Shown here piece by piece: positions 1 to 9,034 of a DNA stretch of 64,000 bases. This DNA is from a virus. Its lineage: Duplodnaviria > Caudoviricetes. Location of the stretch: IMG/VR virus record IMGVR_UViG_3300037424_000564, positions 64,001 to 128,000 of that record; one strand, given 5' to 3'. A program made the position numbers and the translations under genes. Position 1 is the stretch's first letter. Every line of letters begins with the position of its first letter. The notes below the pieces were generated by a model. The model did not search any database, was not told where the DNA came from, and saw only the letters and a list, made by a program, of their open reading frames with translations.

Positions 1-49
1 GTGACAAGCTTTTCTGATTTCCATTTTGAATAATTGTGTAAACAAATCA

Positions 50-559
50 TCAATCCCACCATTCTCTCATTTTACTTAAATTTTTTATATATAAGTTCCA
101 TACCTTTTCATCAAGTGCATGTGCTTTTTTAGAATCTTCCCGATATAATTCAGCAACATCATCTGGCATCCCTCTCATTTCAAAATAAAGAGGATTTACA
201 ACACCATCTTTTTTAAGTGGTAAGAAATCAAAATAAGATGATTGGTAATGTTTATCAAAAACAAGCATCGAATAATATTCATCTTTATACATTTGCTGTA
301 GTTTTCGAGTCCATCTAATACGTTTTGCTATATGATATTTTCCACAAGTCATTGGATTATCTGATGCCCAAAACTTCTCCATTTCTTGAAGTTGTTTATC
401 AATTAGTGCAGATAGATAATAATGGTCAAAAACATCATTATTCCAGATTAATTTACCCCAGACAAAAATATTTCGAATTCCTCGTTTAACCCAATACCAA
501 GGGTATACGAATAAACGATCTAAAAATGCATCAAATTTATATTTGAATTCATTAGTCAT
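50..559 (-). CDS. hypothetical phage protein
   Basis: 169-aa ORF co-oriented with neighbours, stop/start coupled to 560..790; no recognised motif. Confidence 0.6.
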   Translation of the reverse strand: MTNEFKYKFDAFLDRLFVYPWYWVKRGIRNIFVWGKLIWNNDVFDHYYLSALIDKQLQEMEKFWASDNPMTCGKYHIAKRIRWTRKLQQMYKDEYYSMLVFDKHYQSSYFDFLPLKKDGVVNPLYFEMRGMPDDVAELYREDSKKAHALDEKVWNLYIKNLSKMREWWD

Positions 560-790
560 TTATACATCCTTTTTCTTTTTATGAAATTTTTTATATACAG
601 TTCTATAGTTAGAACGTGACATTGAAATTTTACAAAGTAAACGCCAAGCTTCTTTGATTTCAAATACTAGATGGTTTGTTGTTTTATGTATCACAGAAAC
701 AATAACACAAATTAAAATTAATGGTAACAACATAATTACTATAAAACACCAGACATAATAATTTAGTGTTATTAATTGAAAAATATTCAT
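560..790 (-). CDS. hypothetical membrane protein
   Basis: 76 aa, hydrophobic N-terminal segment, basic C-terminus. Confidence 0.55.
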   Translation of the reverse strand: MNIFQLITLNYYVWCFIVIMLLPLILICVIVSVIHKTTNHLVFEIKEAWRLLCKISMSRSNYRTVYKKFHKKKKDV

Positions 791-791
791 A

Positions 792-1088
792 TTAATCTCT
801 AGTTGCTTTTTCTGCCGCCCAATGTTCTAGAGCAAGACGAAGTTTTGGAAGTGAATCAATAAGACGAACAAGATTTTTATTTTTAGCGCCGTCAAAGCTT
901 ACGTCAGCAGAAGTTCCAGTTCCTTCTTCTTCGCTTTGATGATAAAAACTAAGAGTATCAGGAAATGCGTAATTGATTTCTTCCCCATCATCCATTTCAA
1001 AACTAATTGAAACTGTTACTGGTGTTCTATTGCTTCCCGGTGAAGCTGAATTTTCGCTAAGATGTTTCATAAATTTTTCTGATGCCAT
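792..1088 (-). CDS. hypothetical protein
   Basis: 98 aa, AAGGAG RBS upstream and consensus promoter at 1115-1143. Confidence 0.65.
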   Translation of the reverse strand: MASEKFMKHLSENSASPGSNRTPVTVSISFEMDDGEEINYAFPDTLSFYHQSEEEGTGTSADVSFDGAKNKNLVRLIDSLPKLRLALEHWAAEKATRD

Positions 1089-1114
1089 GTCATTCTCCTT
1101 AAGTAATATTATCT

Positions 1115-1143
1115 ATTATAGCGACAATCCATATGATTGTCAA
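1115..1143 (-). promoter_or_regulatory. sigma70-type (early) promoter
   Basis: Minus strand TTGACA-17 nt-TATAAT, perfect consensus; GACAATC/GATTGTC inverted repeat overlaps the -35 and spacer. Confidence 0.85.
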
Positions 1144-1163
1144 CTTTATTTATTAATAGATAA

Positions 1164-1454
1164 TCAATCCTTATAGAAAGAAACAACACAGGAATTTACC
1201 ATTTCAGGATAATACCCAGTTCCAGCAAAGGCATCGTGAAATTTGGTGTGAACACCCCAACCGAATTCACCAGACAGATAAGAATACAGATCTGATGACT
1301 CGAAGATCAGACAAATAGGATGACCATCCCAGTTAACTCTGATGATACATCCCTCACTGCAATCAACTTCAGAAAAAAACTTATTCAGTGCTTTCTTCAG
1401 TTTAGCCGGAACTTTACCACCTTGATCCATCATTTTCTCGACATAATCAATCAT
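1164..1454 (-). CDS. hypothetical protein
   Basis: 96 aa, AAAGGAG RBS and promoter immediately upstream. Confidence 0.65.
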   Translation of the reverse strand: MIDYVEKMMDQGGKVPAKLKKALNKFFSEVDCSEGCIIRVNWDGHPICLIFESSDLYSYLSGEFGWGVHTKFHDAFAGTGYYPEMVNSCVVSFYKD

Positions 1455-1455
1455 A

Positions 1456-1507
1456 AAAAATCTCCTTTGGTTGAATTAAATATACCAAAGGAGATTTTTA
1501 TTGTCAA
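1456..1507 (-). promoter_or_regulatory. sigma70-type promoter with spacer/RBS inverted repeat
   Basis: TTGACA (1507-1502)-17 nt-TATATT; 16-bp inverted repeat 1456-1471/1484-1499 whose downstream arm carries the AAAGGAG RBS. Confidence 0.8.
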
Positions 1508-1812
1508 TTTTTTTCTTTGTATACTTTATATAATGGATATAGATTTTTTGTATGCTTAAAAAATTCAATATTCACTGGTTTCCAGTATGTAAAAAACATT
1601 TGATTATATGAAACTGTATGAAATTCAGATAATAGATCTTTATAAGAAATATCATCATGTGATTCGTCATTAAAAATAAAAGTAATCAAATCTTGTCTAA
1701 AATTAAAAACTTTATCATTACGTAATTCTACATATTTAACCCATACAATACACATCAAAACAGTGACAGTTAAAATACCAACAAATACTAACCAAACTAA
1801 AAGTATATCCAT
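1504..1812 (-). CDS. hypothetical membrane-anchored protein
   Basis: 102 aa, N-terminal transmembrane helix. Confidence 0.55.
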   Translation of the reverse strand: MDILLVWLVFVGILTVTVLMCIVWVKYVELRNDKVFNFRQDLITFIFNDESHDDISYKDLLSEFHTVSYNQMFFTYWKPVNIEFFKHTKNLYPLYKVYKEKN

Positions 1813-1823
1813 TTCAATCTCCT

Positions 1824-2882
1824 TTATTTACGATAGAGTTCATATTCTACTTTTTTATTAAAAGCGACAAGTTTCTTATTACATCCATACTTACATTTAT
1901 CATGAAGTGGAGTAAACGCATATCTATCTTTAGCTTTGAAGAAAACCTGTGATAGAGACATATCGCTAATGTTTAATCCAGTGTGACCAACTCCATCCCG
2001 ATATAGATGTGAGCAATTAGAAGCGTCACCATCTTCGTTTACAGTTAACTCTGATAATTGTAGATAACAAGGCATATGCATGTTTTCTCGGAATCTAACT
2101 TTGCTATCAAATGTATTTTCATCATGACTAGCATGAAACAAGAAACGAGATTCAGTATCACCTGCACTTTCCATAACATGATTTAAAATTGGAACAATTT
2201 CATCAAACAAACTACCAATATCAGTAGGAGTGAAAGTAAATCTTTCGTTGGTTCCTTTATATGCAGAAAAGAATACAGCATATAGATGTGGAAGTTCTTT
2301 GTAATACATTTCCAGAAAATTAGGGATATGTTTATAATTTTCTCTTGTCATCGTATAAGTGATACTTACGATTGGACCCTCATTACGAGAATTAAGTTCA
2401 TTAATTTTCTTAAGATTTTTCATGACTAATTGGTGTGCATTTGGAATACCAACCAGCGAATCGAAATATTCTGCATCATGACTATCCAAAGAAACTTTAA
2501 GTCTCTTGATGCGTGGAATAACATCATCAGGAAGATTAGTCATAAGATTTGTGTTAAGATGAATATCAACATTATCATAATATACAGTATCACGAATAAC
2601 ATCAAATAGATATGGAACACAAGTAGGCTCACCACCAGTAATATGAAGTATACCCCCACCCATTTGAGAATATTCTTTAATAAGCTTAAAGAACAATTCT
2701 TTAGATAGTTGTTTAGGAGAATGACATTCATTACAATAACTACATTTCATATTACATTTATTTGTAATATGAAGAGAAAGTCTACGCAAAGGAGGAAGAG
2801 TATTCTCCCTAAGAGCATTATGAGTTTCATCAATACGTTGTTCAAATAAATCCCAATATTTACTTCCAATTGCTTCTAACAT
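1824..2882 (-). CDS. radical SAM protein with C-terminal Cys-rich (SPASM/twitch-like) extension
   Basis: CNMKCSYC (CxxxCxxC), ITGGEPT motif, additional C-terminal cysteines (CYLQ, NCSH, CKYGC). Confidence 0.85.
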   Translation of the reverse strand: MLEAIGSKYWDLFEQRIDETHNALRENTLPPLRRLSLHITNKCNMKCSYCNECHSPKQLSKELFFKLIKEYSQMGGGILHITGGEPTCVPYLFDVIRDTVYYDNVDIHLNTNLMTNLPDDVIPRIKRLKVSLDSHDAEYFDSLVGIPNAHQLVMKNLKKINELNSRNEGPIVSITYTMTRENYKHIPNFLEMYYKELPHLYAVFFSAYKGTNERFTFTPTDIGSLFDEIVPILNHVMESAGDTESRFLFHASHDENTFDSKVRFRENMHMPCYLQLSELTVNEDGDASNCSHLYRDGVGHTGLNISDMSLSQVFFKAKDRYAFTPLHDKCKYGCNKKLVAFNKKVEYELYRK

Positions 2883-3166
2883 TATTCGCTCCTTTTTGTA
2901 TTTCGTTGTCTTAATGCATCTAATTCAAAACAAATTTCAACATGAATAATTGAAGGAATTTGGTTATCGATACCAATTTCATGTTGAAATTCATACATAA
3001 CTTTATCAAATTCACTTTTAGTCATACATGTTCTAAATTTAGGTTTCCATATATTATTAAAAATATCATTCATTTGAAGATTTATATTTAAATTAAGTTC
3101 GATAAGATCTTTAAAGGTATTCATTGCAATCTCCTTACCTAGGAAGTATACATTTCCATTTCGCAC
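2882..3166 (-). CDS. hypothetical protein
   Basis: 94-aa ORF abutting the radical SAM gene; start may be internal. Confidence 0.5.
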   Translation of the reverse strand: MRNGNVYFLGKEIAMNTFKDLIELNLNINLQMNDIFNNIWKPKFRTCMTKSEFDKVMYEFQHEIGIDNQIPSIIHVEICFELDALRQRNTKRSE

Positions 3167-3378
3167 ATAATTTTAGATAGTCGCTTATAAGCTTTGCCAC
3201 AAATATTGACTAGACTATATGTTTCATCACCTTTATACCATGTGATATATACAATCCATTCGTTAAATTGAGGGATAATAAATGCAGTGCCATCGTGAAT
3301 TTGCGTAATGAAAATCTCTTTTCCTTCAGCTTCTTCTTCAGTAAGATAGTCAATTAAAGCCTGTGGATATACGTACAT
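3139..3378 (-). CDS. hypothetical protein
   Basis: 79 aa, AAGGAG RBS. Confidence 0.55.
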   Translation of the reverse strand: MYVYPQALIDYLTEEEAEGKEIFITQIHDGTAFIIPQFNEWIVYITWYKGDETYSLVNICGKAYKRLSKIMCEMEMYTS

Positions 3379-3387
3379 AATTTCTCC

Positions 3388-3636
3388 TTAGTTCAGCCAG
3401 CAAAATTTAATAAATTTAACAATACCATAAAAGATACAACAAAGTAACCCCATTTTAAAAATAAAACTAAACATTGAAAAAGTAAGATCAATAAAAGAGT
3501 TCCATGCTTTTTTAGCATTTCGATGGCTAACCCATGCATGGAGTTCTTTTTCTGATTTAAATGAAATACCCTTATACTGAGGACTCCAAAACTTATGACT
3601 TTCCGTTGAATATAAAACTGTATAATCTCGTTTCAT
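3388..3636 (-). CDS. hypothetical membrane protein (start revised to MKRDY)
   Basis: The track start at 3669 lies inside the promoter; ATG at 3636 follows AAAGGAG; C-terminal TM helix. Confidence 0.6.
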   Translation of the reverse strand: MKRDYTVLYSTESHKFWSPQYKGISFKSEKELHAWVSHRNAKKAWNSFIDLTFSMFSFIFKMGLLCCIFYGIVKFIKFCWLN

Positions 3637-3688
3637 AAAAAACTCCTTTGGTTGAATTGAATATACCAAAGGAGTTTTTTCTTGTCAA
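3637..3688 (-). promoter_or_regulatory. sigma70-type promoter with spacer/RBS inverted repeat
   Basis: TTGACA-17 nt-TATATT; 16-bp inverted repeat 3637-3652/3665-3680; near copy of the element at 1456-1507. Confidence 0.8.
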
Positions 3689-3700
3689 TTTAATTATTAC

Positions 3701-4135
3701 TTAAAACGAAGAAACTAGTGCATCTAGAATAGGGATTTGTTTAGGATTAATAATATCATACGCTTCGTCAATATCAACCCATTTATAATCATCAATTTCT
3801 TTAATCATAAGTCCAGACCCAATAGGGTATTCACACTCATTAGAAAAACATTCTTCTGGGTCAACATCCATATTGATTCCGTATGCACAAACCATTTTAT
3901 TTGGATTTTGTTGTACTTGCCCTAGATATTTGTAATATTGTCTATTTCTTGTACGAAGAGTTGTTCCAGTTTCCTCTTCAAACTCTCGACATGCAGCATC
4001 TAATTTATTCTCCCCTTCTTCTAGTTCACCTTTAGGGAATGACCAGAAAGGAAACACATTAGTTGAATGTGCTAGAAAAACATTAAGTTGGTTATTAACA
4101 AATTTATAACAAATAATCCCGGCTGAAAATTTCAT
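3701..4135 (-). CDS. Nudix hydrolase
   Basis: Nudix box PKGELEEGENKLDAACREFEEETG. Confidence 0.9.
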   Translation of the reverse strand: MKFSAGIICYKFVNNQLNVFLAHSTNVFPFWSFPKGELEEGENKLDAACREFEEETGTTLRTRNRQYYKYLGQVQQNPNKMVCAYGINMDVDPEECFSNECEYPIGSGLMIKEIDDYKWVDIDEAYDIINPKQIPILDALVSSF

Positions 4136-4776
4136 TTTTTCTCCATTAAAGTTTTTCTATTATGATTTGGGTTTTTTAGTTCACCACGTCTACGTTTGGC
4201 CCATACCTCTTTCATTTTTAGACTTCTATCTTTTTTTTGTTCTTTTGTTAGTTCTAATCCAATCAATTTATTTCTAATTTTAATTTTAACTTCTTCTGAT
4301 CGTGGTATACCAAACGAATGATGGTTTTCTCCTGATGTTTTTTCTTTAAAGGATTGGATACCTTTATCACTTCTACACCATTTATCCCCAAACATTGGAT
4401 TTTTATCTCCCAATCTAGCTTGTCTAAGTATTTCTTTGGTTTTAGCTGAATGTTTTTTTCCTAGAAAAGCTTTAACCCCTAATACTCCTTGACCACCATA
4501 AGTAATATTTGTTAAATTATCTTTACCAATTTCTAAAATAATTTCTCTTTCTTTTAGCAATGATTCTGAATGTGATAAATTACAATAGAGGTATGTAATA
4601 ATAGGCATTAATCCATCATTAAAAATATCCTTTATCAATCTATTTTTTTCAGTATCTTTTGCTAATTGATTAGGATATAAATGTTGTTTTGCTCTATATT
4701 TTTTACCTTTACCTATATAAAAAATCTTACTATCTCTGGGGTCAATGTACGCATACACATAAAAAATATTATTCAT
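4132..4776 (-). CDS. GIY-YIG homing endonuclease with NUMOD3-like repeats
   Basis: FYVYAYIDPRDSKIFYIGKG, HSAKTKEIL-type repeats; TATAAATA late promoter at 4803-4796. Confidence 0.85.
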   Translation of the reverse strand: MNNIFYVYAYIDPRDSKIFYIGKGKKYRAKQHLYPNQLAKDTEKNRLIKDIFNDGLMPIITYLYCNLSHSESLLKEREIILEIGKDNLTNITYGGQGVLGVKAFLGKKHSAKTKEILRQARLGDKNPMFGDKWCRSDKGIQSFKEKTSGENHHSFGIPRSEEVKIKIRNKLIGLELTKEQKKDRSLKMKEVWAKRRRGELKNPNHNRKTLMEKK

Positions 4777-4838
4777 ATAAAAATCTCCTTTATTTTATTT
4801 ATAAAAAAATTAGATTTTTATATGAATACATCCTTCCA

Positions 4839-5954
4839 TTATAGTTTATACTCCCGATTAATAATTTTAAAAGACCACCAATCACGACTACATTTACTAA
4901 TGAAAGGTTCACAAGGACGAACAACAATTCCTTCTGCAATTTCACCATTCAAATAAACCTGTTTATCAGCAAGTTCCTGTAGTTCATCAAAAGTCATGTT
5001 GAAATTATCAACAATCATAACAAGAGGAACAGCAGGGATTCCCAACCACTGCATAACGGTACGAGAGTCATCATAATCCAAAGGTTTTTTAGTTCCTTTT
5101 TCAATGATGTTAAAGGTAGCCATATCAACACCTTCAATACCAAGTTTGTTCTTTTTAATACCAGAACCATAACATTCTGCTTGAATAGCTATATTGATAT
5201 TAGGTTCTTTCAGTTTTTCTTTAAGATTATATTTATTGACTGCTTGCCAAAACTTATTAGTTTCATGTTCACCAATTTGATTATTACGTGAACAAACCAT
5301 CAATTCATCTTGTTCATTATCCCAAAGAGTAGTAAGAGAACTACCTTCAATCTTTAGAGTAATATAGACTCGCATTCCTTGAATTTCATCAAGTGCTCGA
5401 ACCTTAGAAGCAAGATTCACTTCATCAGTCTTGGATACAAGATAATTAGGAAAATCACCTTTAGTTTGCATTTGACCAAACCCAGATCCCCCGCCTTTTT
5501 GAACAGGAGCGATATATTTTTTGACACCTAGTTCGTGAGTCAAGTCAAGGCCACATTCCTGATTTTGATTATAAATAGTTCCATCACTATCAGGAAGAGT
5601 ATTCAAATAATCAAGAACCAATTTCAAAGGAAGCACAATTCCTTGGCTATAGATTTTACGAATAATGAAATCTTCATCATCACGTTCAGTAAATGATTTC
5701 TGTTTAACTCGATATTTGGTTTCTTTCATAAAATCAAACATTTCGATTTTAGGTAGAACGGAATCATACTTAACAAACATGACAAGATCACCAACCTGAT
5801 GACCTTTCTCACAAATTGCATCATATCCAAAATTTTTAAATTTTACTAATTCAATTCTATCTTTATTTGGAATAGCAATTAGTTCATCAATCATAGCAAC
5901 TACTGCTAAATTATTACGATCAATTACTTCTGTCATTTCAATTTCAGTATTCAT
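4839..5954 (-). CDS. RNA ligase, DRB0094/Rnl5-like family
   Basis: N-terminal OB-like domain (IPNKDRIELV, GDLVMFVKYDSVLP), motif I variant TLKIEGSS, EGIVVRP, SFKIIN. Confidence 0.8.
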   Translation of the reverse strand: MNTEIEMTEVIDRNNLAVVAMIDELIAIPNKDRIELVKFKNFGYDAICEKGHQVGDLVMFVKYDSVLPKIEMFDFMKETKYRVKQKSFTERDDEDFIIRKIYSQGIVLPLKLVLDYLNTLPDSDGTIYNQNQECGLDLTHELGVKKYIAPVQKGGGSGFGQMQTKGDFPNYLVSKTDEVNLASKVRALDEIQGMRVYITLKIEGSSLTTLWDNEQDELMVCSRNNQIGEHETNKFWQAVNKYNLKEKLKEPNINIAIQAECYGSGIKKNKLGIEGVDMATFNIIEKGTKKPLDYDDSRTVMQWLGIPAVPLVMIVDNFNMTFDELQELADKQVYLNGEIAEGIVVRPCEPFISKCSRDWWSFKIINREYKL

Positions 5955-6802
5955 TTGTTATTCCTTTGTCTCAAAGTTTTAGCAATTTCATCGCCGTATA
6001 TTTCTTCGTATGTTTTACCTTTTGTTATATTTGATTTTTTTCTTTTTTTTCTTATATTTTTAGGTTGTTTATTTTTTAACATAAATTCTTGTAATATTTT
6101 TTCTATATGATCTTTATTATAGGATTTAATTTTATTACAATTTTCAATATCAGTCAATTTTATTATATCTAATATTACCCAATTAGTTTTAAATCCTTTT
6201 ATTCTATAAAATGTATCATTACATACAAATTCAAGTTCTTTTCTATCATCTATATATAAATATTCTTTTGTTATTATGTTAATAATGAAATATAATTTTC
6301 GATTTATATTCTTTGTTTTTTTTCTTGTATAATCTGATACCTCTCTATTTTTCATTTGAATACTTCTTAATTGTTTTAATCTAATGGATTCATCTTTTCC
6401 AAATATTTCTTCGTATGTTTTTCCTTTTCTTATATTTGATAATTTATTTCTTATTTCATTTTCATATGGGTGATCTTTTAAATTATATGAATATCGTTCA
6501 CCACCAAGAGTCATATTATATCCATTACTATTATCAAATCCTATATATGAATTAAAATATTTTATATAAAATATTTCTCTATTACATAAATCATTTTTTG
6601 TTTTACATTCTTCTAATATTTCCCATATAAAATTATTAAATCCATATTTACGAATAGCTTCATGGAAAGCTTTATATTTTTCACTTTTTCTTTTTGATTG
6701 TAGATAATGTCGTCTTTGATATTTCTTAAAATCTTGAGTCGTTATGCCTATATAACATTTATCATTAATTGTATTTGTTACTTTATAAACTATACCAAAC
6801 AT
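5951..6802 (-). CDS. GIY-YIG homing endonuclease
   Basis: GIVYKVTNTINDKCYIGIT, GYNMTLGG, GKTYEEIFG repeats; CATAAATA late-type promoter in a 10-bp hairpin (6813-6822/6840-6849). Confidence 0.85.
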   Translation of the reverse strand: MFGIVYKVTNTINDKCYIGITTQDFKKYQRRHYLQSKRKSEKYKAFHEAIRKYGFNNFIWEILEECKTKNDLCNREIFYIKYFNSYIGFDNSNGYNMTLGGERYSYNLKDHPYENEIRNKLSNIRKGKTYEEIFGKDESIRLKQLRSIQMKNREVSDYTRKKTKNINRKLYFIINIITKEYLYIDDRKELEFVCNDTFYRIKGFKTNWVILDIIKLTDIENCNKIKSYNKDHIEKILQEFMLKNKQPKNIRKKRKKSNITKGKTYEEIYGDEIAKTLRQRNNK

Positions 6803-6844
6803 AAAAATTCTCCATAAATAGATATAAATTCTGTATACTTCTAT

Positions 6845-7021
6845 TTATGAAAAACTACTATTTTCCTTTTTAATATTTAAATTTTCCTTTTCTTTTAATA
6901 GTTCAAGATATAGTTTCATAAGTTCAGGCGCATGAATAATATCTGCTTTTTCTTTTATTTTCACAGTACCATCCCTGAAATATCCAGTACCCATATATAC
7001 ATATTTGCTGTAATCTTTCAT
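6845..7021 (-). CDS. small hypothetical protein (58 aa, MKDYSKYVYMGTG...)
   Basis: Translated by hand; fills the gap between co-oriented genes; weak RBS. Confidence 0.45.
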   Translation of the reverse strand: MKDYSKYVYMGTGYFRDGTVKIKEKADIIHAPELMKLYLELLKEKENLNIKKENSSFS

Positions 7022-7039
7022 ATTATCACAATAAGTATT

Positions 7040-7222
7040 TTATCTTGTTTGAGTAAAATTGCTACATGCCTCGCATGGCTGTATCAACACTGTACATGAA
7101 CAATCTGCACAACACAACGATTTCTCAATTTTTCTATATTGACACAAGAAAAAAGAGTCATCTTCTTGACATTCTATAGTTATATACGGACAATCACCAT
7201 AATAAATACACTTCATATTCAT
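7040..7222 (-). CDS. small Cys-rich hypothetical protein
   Basis: Track ORF 7040..7300 overlaps the tRNA; plausible start is the Met at 7222 after AAGGAAA; multiple CxxC-like motifs. Confidence 0.5.
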   Translation of the reverse strand: MNMKCIYYGDCPYITIECQEDDSFFLCQYRKIEKSLCCADCSCTVLIQPCEACSNFTQTR

Positions 7223-7242
7223 GATTTTTTCCTTGAAAGTTG

Positions 7243-7315
7243 TGGGCCTTGTAGGACTCGAACCTACACAAAACCTGTTATGAGCAGGCTGATCTACCAA
7301 TTGAACTAAAGGCCC
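7243..7315 (-). tRNA. tRNA with CAU anticodon, probably tRNA-Ile2 (lysidine type) rather than Met; CCA not encoded
   Basis: GGGCCTTTAGTTCAATTGGTAGATCAGCCTG-CTCATAA-CAGGTTTTGTGTAGGTTCGAGTCCTACAAGGCCCA: 7-bp acceptor stem, anticodon stem CCTG/CAGG, T-arm GTAGG-TTCGAGT-CCTAC; lacks the three G-C pairs of initiator tRNA and resembles bacterial Ile2 from memory. Confidence 0.9.
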
Positions 7316-7324
7316 GGTTAAATA

Positions 7325-7720
7325 TTACAAACAGGCTCCATTTAGCGAATCTGCTTTTGCTTTCTCTTCTATAATTTCTTGTTCAATTATGCCAGAATCC
7401 AAACGCAAACCAAATTCTTTCATAGTCTGTTGAAGTTTTAATGCCAACTTATCAAGAATTGCAATAGAAGGCATTGGATGTTTTGGGTTGTCCATTGTAA
7501 ATCCATTTTTACAATGACATGACCTCATGTGGTCACATCCACTCTTACCCAGACCATAATATTGATCTTTACAGTCAGGACAAGAATTTACATAATAATA
7601 ACCATTACCTTTACATGTAGGACAAATTTTTGTATATGTTGGATTTGATTCAACCCAACCACATTTACCATCATTAAATACTACATGCCAGCCATCTTTT
7701 TCAACAAATGGTTTATACAT
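7325..7720 (-). CDS. hypothetical zinc-finger protein
   Basis: CPTCKGNG and CPDC motifs, DnaJ-zinc-finger-like. Confidence 0.6.
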   Translation of the reverse strand: MYKPFVEKDGWHVVFNDGKCGWVESNPTYTKICPTCKGNGYYYVNSCPDCKDQYYGLGKSGCDHMRSCHCKNGFTMDNPKHPMPSIAILDKLALKLQQTMKEFGLRLDSGIIEQEIIEEKAKADSLNGACL

Positions 7721-7732
7721 TATATACTCCCA

Positions 7733-7876
7733 TTAATAAGTAACTGCGATATTCAAAGCACAAGCAGCCGACCAGTAAAGAATTTTTCGCCAATCAGTCC
7801 AATCTACCAATGTATAATTGATAGCAGAAATAGCACAAAGAATTATCATAATCGTTGGAAATATTTTAGGATTCAT
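7733..7876 (-). CDS. small two-helix membrane protein (47 aa, MNPKIFPTIMIIL...)
   Basis: Translated by hand; TAATG overlap with upstream gene. Confidence 0.6.
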   Translation of the reverse strand: MNPKIFPTIMIILCAISAINYTLVDWTDWRKILYWSAACALNIAVTY

Positions 7877-8118
7877 TAATCTTGACCAAACTGAACAAAT
7901 ACTTTTCCGTATCGATCCCCATATTTTTCTTTATCCTTATAGATGTCTTCTCTATAGTCAAGAATATAAAATCCATCAGAATATTCATCAACCCCTTCAA
8001 GAGGAACAAATTCTGAACATGTCTGATATCCTGAAGTATATGTTTTCAGAACTTCAACAATCGCACCTTTAGGCAGACTTTGGAGTTTTTCTATGAGTTG
8101 TTCAACTGTTACTTCCAT
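7876..8118 (-). CDS. hypothetical protein
   Basis: 80 aa, GGAGGG RBS, TAGACA-type promoter upstream. Confidence 0.65.
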   Translation of the reverse strand: MEVTVEQLIEKLQSLPKGAIVEVLKTYTSGYQTCSEFVPLEGVDEYSDGFYILDYREDIYKDKEKYGDRYGKVFVQFGQD

Positions 8119-8177
8119 ATAATTCCCTCCTTATTTGTTCCTTACAATAACAACAAATAAATTTATTGTCTATTTAA

Positions 8178-8768
8178 TTATGCGTACCATGACATATAAT
8201 GTTTGGATGTTTCGGTTGTTGATTGCATCGACCCGTACTTAGTCGAGAAATAAGCCTTAGATCCATAACATTTAATACGTTTCTGCATAGGGTCATCATT
8301 CGTAAAATTATCTTTATCAGGGGATACTTGACAACTCATAAATCCATCGCTACCATTAACATGTTTACCATGGATACGTTTGATCGTAGCAGTTTTGCCT
8401 TTGACTTCAATGACTTGGTAGAAGTCAACGTTGGTTTGATCGTATCCCCATGAATGACAAAAGATATCACCAACATTAACAATGATATTATCATTATCTA
8501 CTTTTTCTTTTGCTTTCTTTTCAGCTTTTGCTTCGAATGTGGATTTTACAAATTCAAACTGATCATTGATATATGATCGCATTTTATCTTCTGAATTGAA
8601 CCTAATATAGAAATCATGTTTAGTACGTTTTCCACCATAACCAATCGCAAAGAAATAACCATTAACCGCAGCTACAGTATAGAATACTTCGTATTTAACG
8701 GTAGAGTCTTCACGATGACCGTTACAGAAACTAGGAACCATGCGGTTTGGATTGATTTCGGATTTCAT
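8178..8768 (-). CDS. hypothetical protein (start probably MKSEIN)
   Basis: GDIFCHSWGYDQTNVDFYQV motif familiar from phage/plasmid hypotheticals; AAAGGAG RBS before the ATG at 8768. Confidence 0.6.
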   Translation of the reverse strand: MKSEINPNRMVPSFCNGHREDSTVKYEVFYTVAAVNGYFFAIGYGGKRTKHDFYIRFNSEDKMRSYINDQFEFVKSTFEAKAEKKAKEKVDNDNIIVNVGDIFCHSWGYDQTNVDFYQVIEVKGKTATIKRIHGKHVNGSDGFMSCQVSPDKDNFTNDDPMQKRIKCYGSKAYFSTKYGSMQSTTETSKHYMSWYA

Positions 8769-8826
8769 GTTTATCTCCTTTGGTTGGTGTGAAATCAATA
8801 TACCAAAAGAATATTTTATTGTCTAT

Positions 8827-9006
8827 TTAAAAAGTTGCAATTGCTGGAATAGAATCTAAAAGAATTTTAACAATCTTCAAAGCATATTCACTTACCTCTG
8901 GCATAAACATTGATAAAATTGAGATAATAATTACTACACCAACAATTGAGACAAGAATAATATTTTTTATTTTTGACCATTTAGATGTATCTTCTTCTTT
9001 TGTCAT
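8827..9006 (-). CDS. small membrane protein (59 aa, MTKEEDTSKW...)
   Basis: Translated by hand; AAGGAG RBS; one long hydrophobic helix. Confidence 0.6.
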   Translation of the reverse strand: MTKEEDTSKWSKIKNIILVSIVGVVIIISILSMFMPEVSEYALKIVKILLDSIPAIATF

Positions 9007-9034
9007 ATAATCTCCTTATAGGTTTTAGATATTG

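Noticed and set aside
1824-2882. Prokaryotic viperin or QueE assignment for the radical SAM gene
   Set aside because: Family-specific motifs were not recognised, and no que/dpd genes are present in the window.
7222-7300. 5' extension of ORF 7040..7300
   Set aside because: Overlaps the tRNA gene; the downstream Met has an RBS.
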